Made by a program: the position numbers and the translations under genes. From Erysipelothrix larvae (GTDB lineage Bacteria; Bacillota_I; Bacilli_A; Erysipelotrichales; Erysipelotrichaceae): 32,000 nucleotides of DNA. The DNA lies in NCBI RefSeq assembly GCF_001545095.1, contig NZ_CP013213.1:210001-242000 (forward strand), given 5' to 3'. The stretch's first letter is position 1. Each line of letters begins with the position of its first letter. The notes beneath the pieces are model-generated. The model saw nothing but the letters and a program-made list of their open reading frames with translations. It ran no database searches and was not told the DNA's origin. Below, piece by piece: positions 30,766-32,000 of this stretch.

Positions 30766-31457
30766 TACCTTGTTACACCCTGTTCAGGTTTAATAGTTCC
30801 ATCGAGCATCTCAATAATCCGATCACACTGGTTTGCGAGCTCAACATTATGCGTGACCATTAGAACAGAAATACCTTCGTTCACAAGTCCTTTAAGAAGA
30901 CTGAAAATATCTTTTGAAGTTTCAGAGTCTAAGGATCCAGTGGGTTCGTCAGCAATCACAACCCTAGGTTCATTTATGATTGCTCTTATGAGCGCAACTC
31001 TTTGTCGTTGACCTCCTGATAAATTTTTAACTTTTTTGTCGATAATACTTTCTAAACTTAATTGGCTCAGATACTTTTCCACTCGAGTTCTCTGTTCTTT
31101 TTTTCCAATCTTTTGCGCTGAGTACATGAGTGGAATTCGTATGTTATCAAATACTGAATCGTTTTCAATTAAAGAGAAATCTTGTGTTAAGTAACCAAAA
31201 AATGAATTTCTAAGTGTTGCTTTTTCTTTTTCGCTCAATTCAGTTGTATTCCGCCCATCAATTATGACAGTTCCACGAGTCGCATCCAAAATTAACCCAA
31301 GGATATTGACCAGTGTTGTTTTCCCGCAACCCGATGGTCCTATAATTGCAACGATTTCAGACGCTTCTATGGAAAAGTCTAGATCATCGAGTGCTACAAG
31401 TACACTTTCACCATCATTATATTCTTTTCGAATCTGTTTTGTTTCGACTATTTTCAT
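30765..31457 (-). CDS. ABC transporter ATP-binding protein, MacB/LolD/FtsE type
   Basis: Walker [11 protein letters not shown]-loop GYLTQ, signature LSGGQRQRV, Walker [12 protein letters not shown] and H-loop MVTHN. It overlaps the permease stop by 4 nt. Confidence 0.95.
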   Translation of the reverse strand: MKIVETKQIRKEYNDGESVLVALDDLDFSIEASEIVAIIGPSGCGKTTLVNILGLILDATRGTVIIDGRNTTELSEKEKATLRNSFFGYLTQDFSLIENDSVFDNIRIPLMYSAQKIGKKEQRTRVEKYLSQLSLESIIDKKVKNLSGGQRQRVALIRAIINEPRVVIADEPTGSLDSETSKDIFSLLKGLVNEGISVLMVTHNVELANQCDRIIEMLDGTIKPEQGVTR

Positions 31458-32000
31458 TTGAAATCACTCCTTAATAGACTTGATATTTCTGAGTTGAACA
31501 GTGTTTTAATTAGTGGAACTGTGACTATAACTTGACCAATTGCTAATGCACCATAGAAATATGCTGGTGAAATACCGTCTGGCACAACACTCATAATTAC
31601 GGTCGTTAATAGAAGTGCAGGAATTAAATACATGAATAAGACAAGCAGTTCAATTCTAACGATAATTTGCGTGTTGGTTGCGCCATAGAGCATGCTAATT
31701 GAGTATTCTCTTAAATTTGTTCTAACAATGTCATTTAAAATCAAGGTTAGGTTTATCAATACAAAAACGAAGACGAGTGCAAAGAATATAAACAACACTA
31801 AGTCATTCATAAACGTTTGTACAAATGGTGACGATTCATTGACATAGTGTGGATAAATTGTCATTTTATCATTGTCTAAAAGTCCAATTGCTTGGACGAC
31901 GTGGTCTTCATCACTATCATATAGGTGCAAATTGTTTAGGATTTGCTGGTTTTCATCATATGTTAAGTTGCTTATTGAATGTGCATCACTGCTAACAATC
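31454..32000 (-). CDS. FtsX-domain ABC permease, C-terminal part (the ORF stays open to the window edge; 5' end outside the window)
   Basis: The frame stays open upstream of the track's TTG at 31930 (...IVSSDAHSISNLTYDENQQILNNLHLYD...). The FtsX-type segment REYSISMLYGATNTQII is flanked by TM helices. Confidence 0.8.
   Translation of the reverse strand, partial: IVSSDAHSISNLTYDENQQILNNLHLYDSDEDHVVQAIGLLDNDKMTIYPHYVNESSPFVQTFMNDLVLFIFFALVFVFVLINLTLILNDIVRTNLREYSISMLYGATNTQIIVRIELLVLFMYLIPALLLTTVIMSVVPDGISPAYFYGALAIGQVIVTVPLIKTLFNSEISSLLRSDFK

Noticed and set aside
30593-31461. Plus-strand ORFs of 66, 91 and 65 aa.
   Set aside because: They are antisense to the two ABC ATPase genes, whose Walker and signature motifs are unambiguous on the minus strand.

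Overview
This looks like a low-GC Bacillota chromosomal segment. It uses the standard code: genes end at TGA with ATGA start/stop overlaps, so TGA is not Trp. Gene order is Bacilli/Erysipelotrichia-like, but I cannot verify the taxon without a search. Most of the window is core housekeeping. From left to right: a membrane-anchored XRE regulator; an unannotated 40-aa basic ORF; an NfrA-type nitroreductase broken by one in-frame TAA; a FrnE/DsbA-like oxidoreductase convergent with a thioredoxin-fold lipoprotein; rlmA; and a DUF349 repeat protein. Next comes an OmpR-type response regulator and histidine kinase co-transcribed with two PrsA/parvulin-like lipoproteins, then an S4-RluD-like pseudouridine synthase, a cold-shock protein and a DUF4870-like membrane protein. 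A tight membrane-protein/GNAT/cardiolipin-synthase/patatin cluster follows, then an overlapping SAM-methyltransferase + RluA pair. After that is the conserved pcrA-ligA-camS-gatCAB block, extended by a membrane-anchored protein and an O-antigen-ligase-like protein, a 675-bp ORF-free spacer, an ABC-2 exporter (ATPase + permease) and a tRNA-Asn/tRNA-Glu pair. The unusual part is the right end. Directly after the tRNA terminator there is what looks like a 5' stump of a class C group II intron, with no RT ORF and no domain V. It is followed by back-to-back convergent terminators, an N-terminally truncated ABC ATPase, and an intact MacB/FtsX-type ABC module running off the window. I found no CRISPR array, rRNA, intact transposase or recognisable defence system. 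Family calls rest on motifs read directly from the translations. Nothing here was searched against a database.
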